64,000 nt of DNA from Dehalococcoidia bacterium (GTDB lineage: Bacteria > Chloroflexota > Dehalococcoidia > Bin125): assembly GCA_963663235.2 (NCBI GenBank), contig CAXXNO010000012.1, positions 384,001-448,000 on the forward strand, in the 5' to 3' direction. The translations under genes were made by a program, and so were the position numbers. The notes beneath the pieces are model-generated. The model made no database searches and was not told the DNA's origin. It saw only the letters and a program-made list of their open reading frames with translations. Below are positions 41,680 to 51,418 of this stretch, piece by piece (the stretch's first letter is position 1; every line of letters begins with the position of its first letter).

Positions 41680-43086
41680 ATGGCTCCCTCTGCGCAAGAA
41701 CGGGCATTTTCGTCGATCGAGGACCTGTCCGGTCGCATCCGCTCCAAGGAGGTCTCACCCGTCGAGGTGGCGGAGCTGATGCTCGCCCGCATCGACGAGC
41801 TCAATCCCAAGATCCACGCCTTCTACACCGTCTTCCATGACGCGGTGCTGTCCGACGCCCGCCGCGCCGAGGAGGAGGTCGGGCGCGGCCAGTACCGCGG
41901 GCCGCTGCACGGCATCCCCATCGGTATCAAGGACATCTACGAGAGCGGGCGCACAACCGGCGGCTCCAAGACGCTCCAGCACTACGTAGCGGATGAGGAC
42001 TGCGTGGCGGTGAGCCGGCTGAAGGAGGCGGGGGCGCTGATTCTGGGGAAGACCGCCACGTACGAGTTCGCCTACGGCATCCAGAGCCTGAAGTCGCCCG
42101 TCCCTCCGGTGCGCAGCGCCTGGGACCTGAGCCGCGAGGCGGGCGGCTCCAGCAGCGGCTCGGCGGGGGCCATCGCGGCCGGCATGGCCTATGCCGGCAT
42201 GGGGTCGTGCACCGGCGGCTCCATCCGCTGGCCCGCCCAGTGCTGCCTGCTTGTGGGGCTGAAGGCCACGTATGGCCGCGTGAGCCGGCGCGGCATCTTC
42301 CCGCTGGCCTGGAGCCTGGACCATGCGGGGCCGCTGGCCCGGACGGTGAAGGACTCGGCCTACATGTTGCAGGGCTGCGCCGGCTGGGACCCGCTGGACC
42401 CGGCCTCGGCGCGAGTACCGGTTCCCGACTTCACCTCCAAGATGGATCGCGACATCCAGGGGATGAAGATCGGGCTCATGACCAGCATCTACGGCAAGTG
42501 CGACCCCAAGGTGCTGGCGCCGTACAACGAAGCGCTGCGCAAATTCGAAAGTCTGGGCGCCCAACTCATCGAACTGCCGGAGCTGCTCACGCTGGAGCAG
42601 ATGGAGGCGATCGGCATGCCCCTTATCTGGGCCGACGCCGCCGCCGTCCACTACAAGAACGTGCGCAAGCGTGGCGACGACTACAACCCCAACACCCGGC
42701 AGTTCCTGCAATGGGGCATGCTGATCGGCAGCACCTACTATCTGCTGGCGAATCAGGCGCGGGCTCAGGCGCGCGACGACCTGATCGAGGCGATGACCAA
42801 GAAGGTGGACGTCTTGGTCCTTCCCACGGCGGGATTCCCGGGACCGCCGCCGGTCGCCGAGGAGTCGCCCGGCCTGAATTTCATCGGCGCGGGTTTCGAG
42901 ATCTATACGCCCGTGTTCAACTTCACCGGGCTGCCCGCGGTCCAGGTGCCCTGCGGGTTCGACAGTGACGGCCTCCCGGTGGGCTTGCAGGTCGCGGCCA
43001 AGCCGTTCGACGAGGAGACCATGTTCCAGGTCGCCCGCGCCTATGAGCAGGCCTCCGAGTGGCACACGATGCACGCCGACATCTGA
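41680..43086 (+). CDS. Amidase signature family enzyme
   Basis: GPLHGIPIGIKD, GGSSSGS, GSCTGGSIRWPA, FNFTGLPA, GLPVGLQ. Confidence 0.92.
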   Translation: MAPSAQERAFSSIEDLSGRIRSKEVSPVEVAELMLARIDELNPKIHAFYTVFHDAVLSDARRAEEEVGRGQYRGPLHGIPIGIKDIYESGRTTGGSKTLQHYVADEDCVAVSRLKEAGALILGKTATYEFAYGIQSLKSPVPPVRSAWDLSREAGGSSSGSAGAIAAGMAYAGMGSCTGGSIRWPAQCCLLVGLKATYGRVSRRGIFPLAWSLDHAGPLARTVKDSAYMLQGCAGWDPLDPASARVPVPDFTSKMDRDIQGMKIGLMTSIYGKCDPKVLAPYNEALRKFESLGAQLIELPELLTLEQMEAIGMPLIWADAAAVHYKNVRKRGDDYNPNTRQFLQWGMLIGSTYYLLANQARAQARDDLIEAMTKKVDVLVLPTAGFPGPPPVAEESPGLNFIGAGFEIYTPVFNFTGLPAVQVPCGFDSDGLPVGLQVAAKPFDEETMFQVARAYEQASEWHTMHADI

Positions 43087-43444
43087 GATCGGGCGTCAGA
43101 TCGGGCCGCCGCCGCGCCGATGACGCCAGGCCTGCGACCAAGAGGACGTATGGCAGGCCGCGCGCCATGCAGGCAGCTGCCGGCTTGGGAGCGTCGAGCG
43201 CCGCTGAGCGAGGCCAGCCGCGTCACCACAGCCCCGAAGGGTCCGGACGGAGTGGTCACCGGCAGCGGCCGCAGCAGTGCCGCTAAGACGATGATCGTGT
43301 CGTAGCAGTGCGTGGTCGGCTCGTACGTGCGCCGTGGCGCCGGCACTCCTTGACCACCAACTCGATGGTGAAGGCCACTCTGGCTACCTGCCGCCGGATC
43401 CGCCTGGTAGTATGCTGCGGTCTGTCTACCCGGAAGGACTGCTT

Positions 43445-44521
43445 ATGCAAGTAGGCACGAACCTCATCTTTCAGAACCCCTTCAACCAGCTGGCGGACCT
43501 GGACCTGTACCAGGGCGAGATGCTCTTGGCGGACCTGGCGGAGCCACTGGGCTTCGACTCGGTCTGGGGGGTGGAGCACCACTTCACCGATTACACGCTC
43601 TGCCCGGACGTCGTGCAGTGGCTGACCTGGGTCGCCGCGCGCACGGAGCGGATTCAGGTCGGCTCGATGGTGGTGGTGCTGCCGTGGCACGATCCGATTC
43701 GCGTGGCCGAGGAAGTGGCCATGCTCGACAACCTCTGCAACGGGCGCTACCTCTTCGGCATCGGGCGTGGCCTGGGCCGCGTCGAGTTCGACGGGTTCCG
43801 CGTGTCGATGGATGAGACCCGCGAGCGCTTCGTCGAGAGCGCCGAGATGATTATCAAGGGACTGGAGCAGGGCTACATCGAACATGAGGGGAAGCACTAC
43901 CAGCAGCCGCGGCGGGATCTCCGTCCCGCGCCCTTCAAGTCGTTCAAGGGGCGCACCTTCGCGGCGGCGATCTCCCCGGAGACCATGCACATCCTGGCCC
44001 GGCTGGGGGTTGGCATGCTGCTCCTTCCGCAGAAGCCGTGGGACGCCATTCGGGAGGACCTCGCCAACTACCGGACGGCGTACCGGGTGGCCCAAGAGGC
44101 CGACGCGCCGCCGCCGGTCGTCGCCACGTTCACCTACTGTGACGAGAACCCGGACCGCGCCGAGGAGATGTCCCAACGCTACGTTGCCACCTACTACGAC
44201 TCCATGCTGCGCCACTACGAGCTACAGGCGGAGCACTTCGGCCAAGCGAAGGGATACGAATACTACAAAGATATGGGCAAGGCCGTTACGAAGTACGGGA
44301 CCGAGCGCACCGGAAACTTCTTCCAAGATCTCCAGGTGTGGGGCACGCCCGAGCAGTGTCTGGAGAAGATCCGCTTCATCATGGACACCACCGGCGGTGA
44401 CCATTTCGTGGCGACGTTCTCGTTCGGCGGGATTCCGCACAAGGACGCCGAACGGAGCATGCGGCTCTTCGCCAAGGAGGTCCTGCCCGCACTCAAGCAA
44501 ATTTCCGTCACGGCCGCGTAG
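43445..44521 (+). CDS. LLM-class flavin-dependent monooxygenase (luciferase-like)
   Basis: AEPLGFDSVWGVEHHF, HDPIRVAEE..MLD, GIGRG; GAAGGA RBS. Confidence 0.9.
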   Translation: MQVGTNLIFQNPFNQLADLDLYQGEMLLADLAEPLGFDSVWGVEHHFTDYTLCPDVVQWLTWVAARTERIQVGSMVVVLPWHDPIRVAEEVAMLDNLCNGRYLFGIGRGLGRVEFDGFRVSMDETRERFVESAEMIIKGLEQGYIEHEGKHYQQPRRDLRPAPFKSFKGRTFAAAISPETMHILARLGVGMLLLPQKPWDAIREDLANYRTAYRVAQEADAPPPVVATFTYCDENPDRAEEMSQRYVATYYDSMLRHYELQAEHFGQAKGYEYYKDMGKAVTKYGTERTGNFFQDLQVWGTPEQCLEKIRFIMDTTGGDHFVATFSFGGIPHKDAERSMRLFAKEVLPALKQISVTAA

Positions 44522-44583
44522 TTCCGGCAGTGTCGTCCGGATCCGCGAGCATCCGGCCGGCGGCGATCGCTAGGAGGATTGCA

Positions 44584-45663
44584 ATGAAAGTCGGCATCAA
44601 CCTTCTCCTTTCCAATCCCGGGGACAAAGTCTCGGACCAGCAGTTGTGGCGGGATCATCTGCACCTCGCCAGCCTGGTGGAGCCGCTGGGCTACGATTCC
44701 GTCTGGGGCGTCGAGCATCACTTCACCGACTACATCATCTCCCCGGACATCCTCCAGTTCTTGACCTGGGTGGCCGCCCGAACTGAACGGGTGGAGTTGG
44801 GGACGCAGGTCGTGGTGCTGCCCTGGCACGACCCGTTGCGCGTCGCGGAGCAGATCGCGCTGCTGGACACCATTTCCGACGGGCGCTACATCTTCGGCTT
44901 CGGCCGGGGGGCGGCGCGGGTGGAATTCTCCGGCTTTCGCGTGCCGATGGAGGAAGCCCGTGGGCGCTTTGTTGAAGGCGCCGACATGATCATGAAGGGC
45001 TTCGAGACCGGCTACTGCGAGTACGACGGCGAATACATCAAGCAGCCTCGTACGCCCATCCGCCCCACCCCGTTTAAGTCGCTCAAGGGCCGGAGCTATG
45101 CGGCGGCGATCTCACCAGAGACGATGGGGATCATCGCCAGGCTCGGCGTGGGGATGCTGATCAACCCGCAGAAGCCGTGGGACACGATCCTGAAGGAGCT
45201 GGAAGACTATCGCAGCACCTTCCGTGAGGTGCAGGGGGTCGAAGCGCCGCCGCCGATCGCCGCCGTCTTCGGCTACTGCGATTCAGACGCCGAGCGGGCG
45301 GAAGCCGTCACCGATAAATACATGGGCGACTACTACCAGTCCGCCCTCCGCCACTACGAATTCACCGGCGAGCATTTCAGCTCAATCAAGGGTTACGAGT
45401 TCTACGCAAAGATGTCTCACATCATGAACAAGGTCGGGGGCGAGGGCGCGTCGGACTTCTTCCGCAACCTGCAGCCCTGGGGCACGCCGGACCAGTGCAT
45501 CGAGAAGATCATCGATACACAAAATAAGATCGGCTTCGACCACCTCACGTTGAACTTCGCCTTCGCCCACCTGCCGGTGGAGGACGCGGAGCGCAGCATG
45601 CGGCTCTTCGCCCAGGAGGTGCTACCGGTGATCAAGAAGATCGAGGTCGCCGCCCCGGCCTAG
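44584..45663 (+). CDS. LLM-class flavin-dependent monooxygenase (paralog 2)
   Basis: Same motifs; AGGAGG RBS. Confidence 0.9.
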   Translation: MKVGINLLLSNPGDKVSDQQLWRDHLHLASLVEPLGYDSVWGVEHHFTDYIISPDILQFLTWVAARTERVELGTQVVVLPWHDPLRVAEQIALLDTISDGRYIFGFGRGAARVEFSGFRVPMEEARGRFVEGADMIMKGFETGYCEYDGEYIKQPRTPIRPTPFKSLKGRSYAAAISPETMGIIARLGVGMLINPQKPWDTILKELEDYRSTFREVQGVEAPPPIAAVFGYCDSDAERAEAVTDKYMGDYYQSALRHYEFTGEHFSSIKGYEFYAKMSHIMNKVGGEGASDFFRNLQPWGTPDQCIEKIIDTQNKIGFDHLTLNFAFAHLPVEDAERSMRLFAQEVLPVIKKIEVAAPA

Positions 45664-45700
45664 CGCACGCGCCAAGGCCGCTGATCCACTCTGTCTGCCT

Positions 45701-45729
45701 CCCGAGCGCGCCCTCTGGGCGCGCTCGGG
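45701..45729 (+). terminator. GC-rich hairpin between LLM paralogs 2 and 3
   Basis: CCCGAGCGCGCCC-TCT-GGGCGCGCTCGGG, a perfect 13-bp stem with no U-tract. Confidence 0.5.
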
Positions 45730-45826
45730 GCGATCCCGTCCGTCCTAGGATCCAGCCAGGCGACCGCGGGTGCGCGCCGATCCGCTAGAATACCGAGAAT
45801 CGCGCAACAACCAGTGGAGGGCATCG

Positions 45827-46906
45827 ATGAAGGTCGGACTGAATCTCGTCTTTTCCAACCCCGTTGACTACAAATCGGACCTAGATCTCTGGCAGGAGCA
45901 CCTCCAACACGCCGACCTGGCCGAGCCGCTCGGCTTCGACTCGGTCTGGGGTGTGGAGCATCACTTCACCGATTACATCATCTGTCCGGACGTCCTTCAG
46001 TACCTGACCTGGGTCGCCGCGCGCACCGAGAAGATTCAAGTGGGCTCGCAGGTTGTCGTGCTGCCCTGGCACGACCCGCTGCGCGTCGCCGAGCAGGTCG
46101 CGCTCTTGGACACTATGTCCAACGGCCGCTTCATCTTCGGCATAGGGCGAGGCGCCGCGCGGGTGGAGTTCAACGGCTTCCGCGTCCCGATGGAGCAGAC
46201 CCGCGGCATGTTTGTTGAGAGCGCCGAGATGATCCTCCAGGGACTGGAGACCGGCTACTGCGAGTACGACGGGGAATACATCAAACAGCCGCGCGTCCCG
46301 ATTCGTCCCGCGCCTTTCAAGTCATTCAAGGGCCGGACCTACGCCGCCGCCATCTCGCCCGAGACGATGGGCATCGTCGCTCGGCTCGGGGTGGGGATGC
46401 TGATCAACCCCCAGAAACCGTGGGACCTGGTCGACAAGGAACTGAACGAATACCGCACCACCTTCCGCGAGATCCACGGGGAGGCGGCGCCGCCCCCGGT
46501 CGTCGAGATCTTCAGCTACTGCGACGCGAACGCTGAGCGTGCCAAGGCGATGATCGCGAAACACCTGGCCGACTTCTACCGCACGATCCTCCGACACTAC
46601 GAGTTTGCCGGCGATCACTTCTCCTCGATCAAGGGCTACGAGTTCTACGGCAAGATGTCGAAGATCTTGCAAAAGTCCGGCGACGAGGGCGCAATCAAGT
46701 TCTTCCTTGACCTGCAGCCGTCGGGCACGCCCGACGAGTGCATCGAGCAGATCCTCGAGATCCGAGAGAAGATTGGGTTCGACCACATCAACGTGACCTT
46801 CGCCTTCGCCGAGATGCCGATGGACGAGGCCGAAAAGAGCATGCGGCTCTTTGCCTCGGAGGTCATGCCGGTGCTCCAGAAGACCGAGGTGGCCACGCCC
46901 GCCTGA
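45827..46906 (+). CDS. LLM-class flavin-dependent monooxygenase (paralog 3)
   Basis: Same motifs; own TAGAAT -10 and GGAGG RBS. Confidence 0.9.
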   Translation: MKVGLNLVFSNPVDYKSDLDLWQEHLQHADLAEPLGFDSVWGVEHHFTDYIICPDVLQYLTWVAARTEKIQVGSQVVVLPWHDPLRVAEQVALLDTMSNGRFIFGIGRGAARVEFNGFRVPMEQTRGMFVESAEMILQGLETGYCEYDGEYIKQPRVPIRPAPFKSFKGRTYAAAISPETMGIVARLGVGMLINPQKPWDLVDKELNEYRTTFREIHGEAAPPPVVEIFSYCDANAERAKAMIAKHLADFYRTILRHYEFAGDHFSSIKGYEFYGKMSKILQKSGDEGAIKFFLDLQPSGTPDECIEQILEIREKIGFDHINVTFAFAEMPMDEAEKSMRLFASEVMPVLQKTEVATPA

Positions 46907-46934
46907 GGCACATCGCGCGCGGGACGACCGTGCA

Positions 46935-46960
46935 GCCCGGGCGGTGCGCATCGCCCGGGC
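46935..46960. terminator. Hairpin between convergent genes
   Basis: GCCCGGGCG...CGCCCGGGC inverted repeat. Confidence 0.45.
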
Positions 46961-46971
46961 CGCGCGCTGTC

Positions 46972-47244
46972 TCAGGCCGCTTCCTGGTTCCGGCCAGCCA
47001 AAAGCATCCCTCCGGCCAGCGCCAGGGGGATGCCGCCGATCCGCCCGTACTCCCAGACGAAAAGAATCGATGCTCCCAGCCCGATGGCGACCATCAGCGC
47101 CGACGCGAGGAGAGGCGCGCGGCGGACAGAGACGCTCGCCGCGAAGCCCAACGGCCAGACGAGCGCCGTGTCGGCCCAGGACCAGCCCGCATAGTCCATG
47201 CCGTCGGCTGCGTTGACCGCCATCACCCCGAGGACCACGGCCAA
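46972..47244 (-). CDS. Small multi-pass membrane protein (start uncertain)
   Basis: Three to four hydrophobic segments; same frame as the upstream hydrolase. Confidence 0.5.
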   Translation of the reverse strand: MAVVLGVMAVNAADGMDYAGWSWADTALVWPLGFAASVSVRRAPLLASALMVAIGLGASILFVWEYGRIGGIPLALAGGMLLAGRNQEAA

Positions 47245-47313
47245 CCCCGTTGCCGAGGCCAGCGCCCCGACCCAAGACCCGGCACGCCGTCCCGAGCGAT
47301 CATCGTCGCTTCC

Positions 47314-48108
47314 TCACGGCGCGGGTGCGGTGCCGTGACCGGCGAAGTCTGTGATCACGTCCGCCAGCCCCTCGGGTACTTCCCAAGGGATGAAGTGGCC
47401 AACCCGGTAGAAAACATGCAGGGCGGAGTTCGGGATGCGCGCGGCGTCAGCCAAGTTGTCGTTGCGTAGGAAGTCGCGGTCGCCAACGACGACCATCGTC
47501 GGTGCGGTGATCTCGCCCAAGCGCGCCGCAATGTGCATTCGCTCCATGGTCTGCCAGGATTCCTCCAGGTGTCCCTCGGAGCAGCCAACCGCGTCCTCCA
47601 CGTAGATTTTGAACAGCTCCTCCCGGGGCGGCCGAGTCCACAGCGTCTTGGCCGTCTCCCGGTACAGGGACGGATTCGCGCGCGCCTCCCGCATGCCGCG
47701 CAGGAACTCATCCGACCAGTCCGCGCCCTCCCAGCCGTCGGCCGGGGCGGGCGCGATCAGAATGAGGCTGCGCAGCCGCTGAGGGTGACGGAGCGCGAGC
47801 TGCATCCCGGTCATGCCTCCCATGGACGTGCCGGCGTAGTGAAACGTCTCCACGCCAAGGCCCGACATCGCCGCGGCGATGTCGTCGGCGTACTGAACCG
47901 GATCATAGCCAGAATCCGGCCGATCGCTTTCGCCCGCCCCGCGGAGGTCGAAGGCGAAGACGCGGAACCGATCGAGCGGCAGGTTTGCTATGACGTCGCA
48001 CCAGACGCGATGCGAACTCTGGTAGCCGTGGACCAGCACCAACGGCTCAGGTCCGTCGCCCACTTCCTGGTAGTGCAACTGGATCTCGTTCGCCTGGACC
48101 CGTGGCAT
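47314..48108 (-). CDS. Alpha/beta fold hydrolase
   Basis: LVLVHG, DLRGAGES, GTSMGG nucleophile elbow, GDRD, GH; GGAGG RBS. Confidence 0.9.
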   Translation of the reverse strand: MPRVQANEIQLHYQEVGDGPEPLVLVHGYQSSHRVWCDVIANLPLDRFRVFAFDLRGAGESDRPDSGYDPVQYADDIAAAMSGLGVETFHYAGTSMGGMTGMQLALRHPQRLRSLILIAPAPADGWEGADWSDEFLRGMREARANPSLYRETAKTLWTRPPREELFKIYVEDAVGCSEGHLEESWQTMERMHIAARLGEITAPTMVVVGDRDFLRNDNLADAARIPNSALHVFYRVGHFIPWEVPEGLADVITDFAGHGTAPAP

Positions 48109-48192
48109 AGTCACCTCCGTTCAGCGCATCGGTGTGCGGCTAGCCCAGGGCAGGATAGCGCCGCCAGGCCCCCGCCCACGTAGGATCGCTCG

Positions 48193-48960
48193 GTGAGCCG
48201 GATTGACAACTCCTGGTATGACGGACTCCACGATGCCTGGTGGGACCCCGGCGGGCCCGTCCGCGCCCTGCATGAAGTAAACCCTGTGAGCCTCGACTAC
48301 TTCCTGGGCGTTCTCGGCGACCTGCGCGGCCGACGCGTGCTGGATCTCGGCTGCGGAGGCGGTCTGATGACTGAGACGTACGCGCGCGCCGGGGCCATCG
48401 CCGTGGGATTGGATCTCTCGCTGCCGTCGCTGCGGGCGGCGCGGCGCCATGCGCGAACCGCGCCAGACGGCACGCCTCGATACGTCGGAGCGCGGGCGGA
48501 GTCGCTCCCGTTCGGCGATGCCACGTTCGACGTCGTTTGCACCGCCGACAGCCTGGAGCACGTGGACGACCTGCCCACCGTCCTGGATGAATCCAGCCGT
48601 GTCTTGCGGCCGGGCGGCCTCTTCATCTTCGACACGATTAACCGGACATGGCGATCGCGGGTCATGATGATCTGGGCCGCACAGCACGTGCTACGATTCG
48701 CGCCTCAGCGAACGCACGTATTCGAACGCTTCATCCGGCCGAAGGAGCTGCGCGCCTCCCTGAACGCGCGTGGGCTTGGCTGGCGGGAGTTGCGCGGGTT
48801 GAGCCTGCGCCGGCACCCGGCCATCGCCGCCTGGCTCTACGTGACCAGCGGACGCCTGGGCGGGTTCACCCTCAGCAAGGATACGCGTGTCTCCTACGTC
48901 GGCTATGCCCGCAAGGATCCGGCGGGGCGGGGCGGCGCTTCCGGGTCCGCATCGACTTGA
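48193..48960 (+). CDS. UbiG-like SAM-dependent O-methyltransferase
   Basis: WWDPGGP.RALH..NP, VLDLGCGGG, LEHVDD, LRPGG..F.TINRT, FIRPKEL. Confidence 0.82.
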   Translation: MSRIDNSWYDGLHDAWWDPGGPVRALHEVNPVSLDYFLGVLGDLRGRRVLDLGCGGGLMTETYARAGAIAVGLDLSLPSLRAARRHARTAPDGTPRYVGARAESLPFGDATFDVVCTADSLEHVDDLPTVLDESSRVLRPGGLFIFDTINRTWRSRVMMIWAAQHVLRFAPQRTHVFERFIRPKELRASLNARGLGWRELRGLSLRRHPAIAAWLYVTSGRLGGFTLSKDTRVSYVGYARKDPAGRGGASGSAST

Positions 48961-48979
48961 ACCACGCTAGACTGGCGCC

Positions 48980-49297
48980 GTGACCGAAGTCCGCGACATC
49001 GCGCTCATCGCCGGGTTCATTGCGCTGACATTGTTGGCGCTTATGGCGCTGGCCGCCGTCACGATCGCGGGTTATATCACGTTCCGCATCGTGCGGGGGC
49101 TCCGGCGCCTTCACGATGGGCGACTGGAGCCAGCCGTCGAGCGGCTCAGCGCCAGGCTGCGCGAGCGCGGCGAACAGGGGCCGATGTCGGCCGCAGAGGT
49201 GGCCGGGCAGCTCTTCCGTAGCGTCCGGCTGCTGCGCGCCGTCCGCCGGCGGAAACGGAAACGGCGCCGTGCGCGATTCGCCTTCCTGCGGGCGTAG
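48980..49297 (+). CDS. Small single-pass membrane protein with Arg-rich C-terminus
   Basis: N-terminal TM helix; TAGACT -10 six nt before GTG. Confidence 0.6.
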   Translation: MTEVRDIALIAGFIALTLLALMALAAVTIAGYITFRIVRGLRRLHDGRLEPAVERLSARLRERGEQGPMSAAEVAGQLFRSVRLLRAVRRRKRKRRRARFAFLRA

Positions 49298-49336
49298 GCC
49301 GCTGATGCGTGGCCGCCACTCGCCGACGGCATCGCT

Positions 49337-50419
49337 GTGAAGGCCGCGATCCTCCACGAGCCGAAGCAGCCTCTCACGATCGAGCAGATTTCGATCCGCG
49401 ATCCACAGCCGAACGAGGTCCTGGTCCGCACGGTCGTGAGCGGCGTGTGCCACACGGACCTCCATATGGCGGACGGCAAATGGAGCGTCAGCACACCCGT
49501 CGTGCTGGGACATGAGGCCACCGGCGTTGTGGAAGAGGTCGGCTCGGCGGTGCGCTACGTTCGCCCCGGCGACCGCGTTCTGATCTCCGGGATGCCGTTC
49601 TGCGGTCGCTGCACCTTCTGCCTTTCCGGCCGGCCCTTCCTCTGTCGCGACGCGGCGATCCGGGCTCAGAGCGCAGATCGGTTGAACTGGAACGGAACGC
49701 CGGTCACGCAATACTCCTTCGTGTCCTCCTTTGCCGAGTACATGCTCACGAACGAGACGGGCCTCGTGAAACTGCCGGACGCCATGCCGATGGTCGAAGC
49801 CACCCTGATCGGCTGTGGGGTGATGACCGGGGTGGGAGCGGCGCTCTACACGGCGGCAGTGCCGGGTGGCGCGGTAACCGCCGTCCTGGGCTGCGGTGGT
49901 GTGGGGCTCAGCATCGTGCAGGGGTGCCGCATTGCCGGGGCAAGCCGGATCGTCGCGATCGATCTAGTCGACCACCGACTCGCCCTGGCGCAGCAGTTTG
50001 GAGCCACCGACGTCATCAACGCCCGGAACGCCGATCCCGTACAGGCGGCCAAAGCGCTCACGGGCGATGGCGTGGAATTCGCCTTCGAGGCGATCGGGGA
50101 TGTCCAGGCGGCGCGTCAGGCGTTCGACATGGTGCAGCGTGGCGGGACGGCGGTGATCGTCGGCGGCATGCCGCACGGCGCCGAGATCCGTCTGCCAGGG
50201 CTAGATTTCCTCTGGGAGGCGAAGCGGGTCATCGGTTGCCTGTACGGCAGCACCCGCTTCCGCGAGCACATGCCCAAGCTGATGGCGCTCTACCTCCAGG
50301 GCCGGCTCAGACTGAGCGAGATGATCAGCGAGCGCTACACGTTGGAGCAGATCAATGACGCCTTCCGCGCAATGGAACAGGGCACCGTGATCCGCCCCAT
50401 CATCGAGTTCGATTCCTAG
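49337..50419 (+). CDS. Zn-dependent alcohol dehydrogenase (class III-like)
   Basis: GVCHTD, LGHE..GVV, CGRCTFC...C, IGCGVMTG, GCGGVG. Confidence 0.92.
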   Translation: MKAAILHEPKQPLTIEQISIRDPQPNEVLVRTVVSGVCHTDLHMADGKWSVSTPVVLGHEATGVVEEVGSAVRYVRPGDRVLISGMPFCGRCTFCLSGRPFLCRDAAIRAQSADRLNWNGTPVTQYSFVSSFAEYMLTNETGLVKLPDAMPMVEATLIGCGVMTGVGAALYTAAVPGGAVTAVLGCGGVGLSIVQGCRIAGASRIVAIDLVDHRLALAQQFGATDVINARNADPVQAAKALTGDGVEFAFEAIGDVQAARQAFDMVQRGGTAVIVGGMPHGAEIRLPGLDFLWEAKRVIGCLYGSTRFREHMPKLMALYLQGRLRLSEMISERYTLEQINDAFRAMEQGTVIRPIIEFDS

Positions 50420-50509
50420 CCCGCCGGTGGCCCCGAACGCCGCCGGACGATACGCTAGTGCGCGCTCGCGGTCGTCCTGCGCCGCCAGGCGAGCGGGGGT
50501 CTATGCCCA

Positions 50510-51400
50510 ATGCCCAAGATTCTGATTCCCCTCGACAGCTCAGCGACATCCACCGGCACGCTTGCCGGCGCGCGCGCGATCATGGGCCAGCGGCCGTGGA
50601 CCGTGCGCCTGCTCTACGCCGGCGCAGACCCCGAAGGGCTGGAGCGCGCCCATCTGGAGAGCGTGGCGGACGGGATGCGGGCTGAAGGGCATTTCCCCGC
50701 GGTCGTAATGACGGGGGGCAACAATTCCGCCAAGACGATCGTGCGCGCAAGCGTTGCGCCCAAGATGGACGTGGTCGTTCTCCCACATGAGGCGCGCGCC
50801 GAGGCCGACAGCTGGCTCACCGCCGCCGTCGCGCTGGAGGTGGCGGAGCAGGTGCAGTTCTGTCCGGTCCTGTTAATGCAGCGGTCTCCAGCCAACGACG
50901 GCTGGCAAGACTACGCCGTGCGACAGATCCTCGTGCCGCTGGACGGGTCCACGACGGCGGAACTGGGTGTCGACGTCGCGCTGGGGCTATCTGAGCGCCT
51001 GGGCGCCCGGATCACCGTCGTGGTTGCCGTGTCCCCGGAGCCAAGCGGTGCGGCGCCGGCATCCCCATCACCGGACGGTGAGAACGCTGAGCCGGCGCTT
51101 CGGGACGAAGCGGATGCGCAGAGCTATCTTGACGGCCTGACGGAGCGCCATCGTGACCGCATCCGCTTCGGCCGCGTCGTCGCGGACGGCGTCGCCGAGG
51201 AGGCCATCATCTCGACGGCGACAGCGCAGCGCGCCGATCTGATCGCCATGACCACGCACGGCACGCGCGGCACGGTTCGCACCGGGCTCGGTCTTGTCGC
51301 GCGGGCAGTAGCCCGCGCATCAAGCGTGCCGGTGATGCTGGTCCGCCCGACCGGCGCCGAGGCGCGCTTCGGTTCGGTCGCTTTGCTGCGCGGACGCTAG
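50510..51400 (+). CDS. Universal stress protein, tandem USP domains
   Basis: KILIPLDSS and ILVPLDGS; ADLIAMTTHG; PVMLVR. Confidence 0.88.
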   Translation: MPKILIPLDSSATSTGTLAGARAIMGQRPWTVRLLYAGADPEGLERAHLESVADGMRAEGHFPAVVMTGGNNSAKTIVRASVAPKMDVVVLPHEARAEADSWLTAAVALEVAEQVQFCPVLLMQRSPANDGWQDYAVRQILVPLDGSTTAELGVDVALGLSERLGARITVVVAVSPEPSGAAPASPSPDGENAEPALRDEADAQSYLDGLTERHRDRIRFGRVVADGVAEEAIISTATAQRADLIAMTTHGTRGTVRTGLGLVARAVARASSVPVMLVRPTGAEARFGSVALLRGR

Positions 51401-51418
51401 CTAGCGCTGGGGCAGCCG

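Noticed and set aside
43087-43444. Intergenic region possibly encoding a ROK-like fragment or an ncRNA
   Set aside because: Only a vague LGRRPGVIGAAA resemblance; no coherent ORF or recognisable RNA motif.
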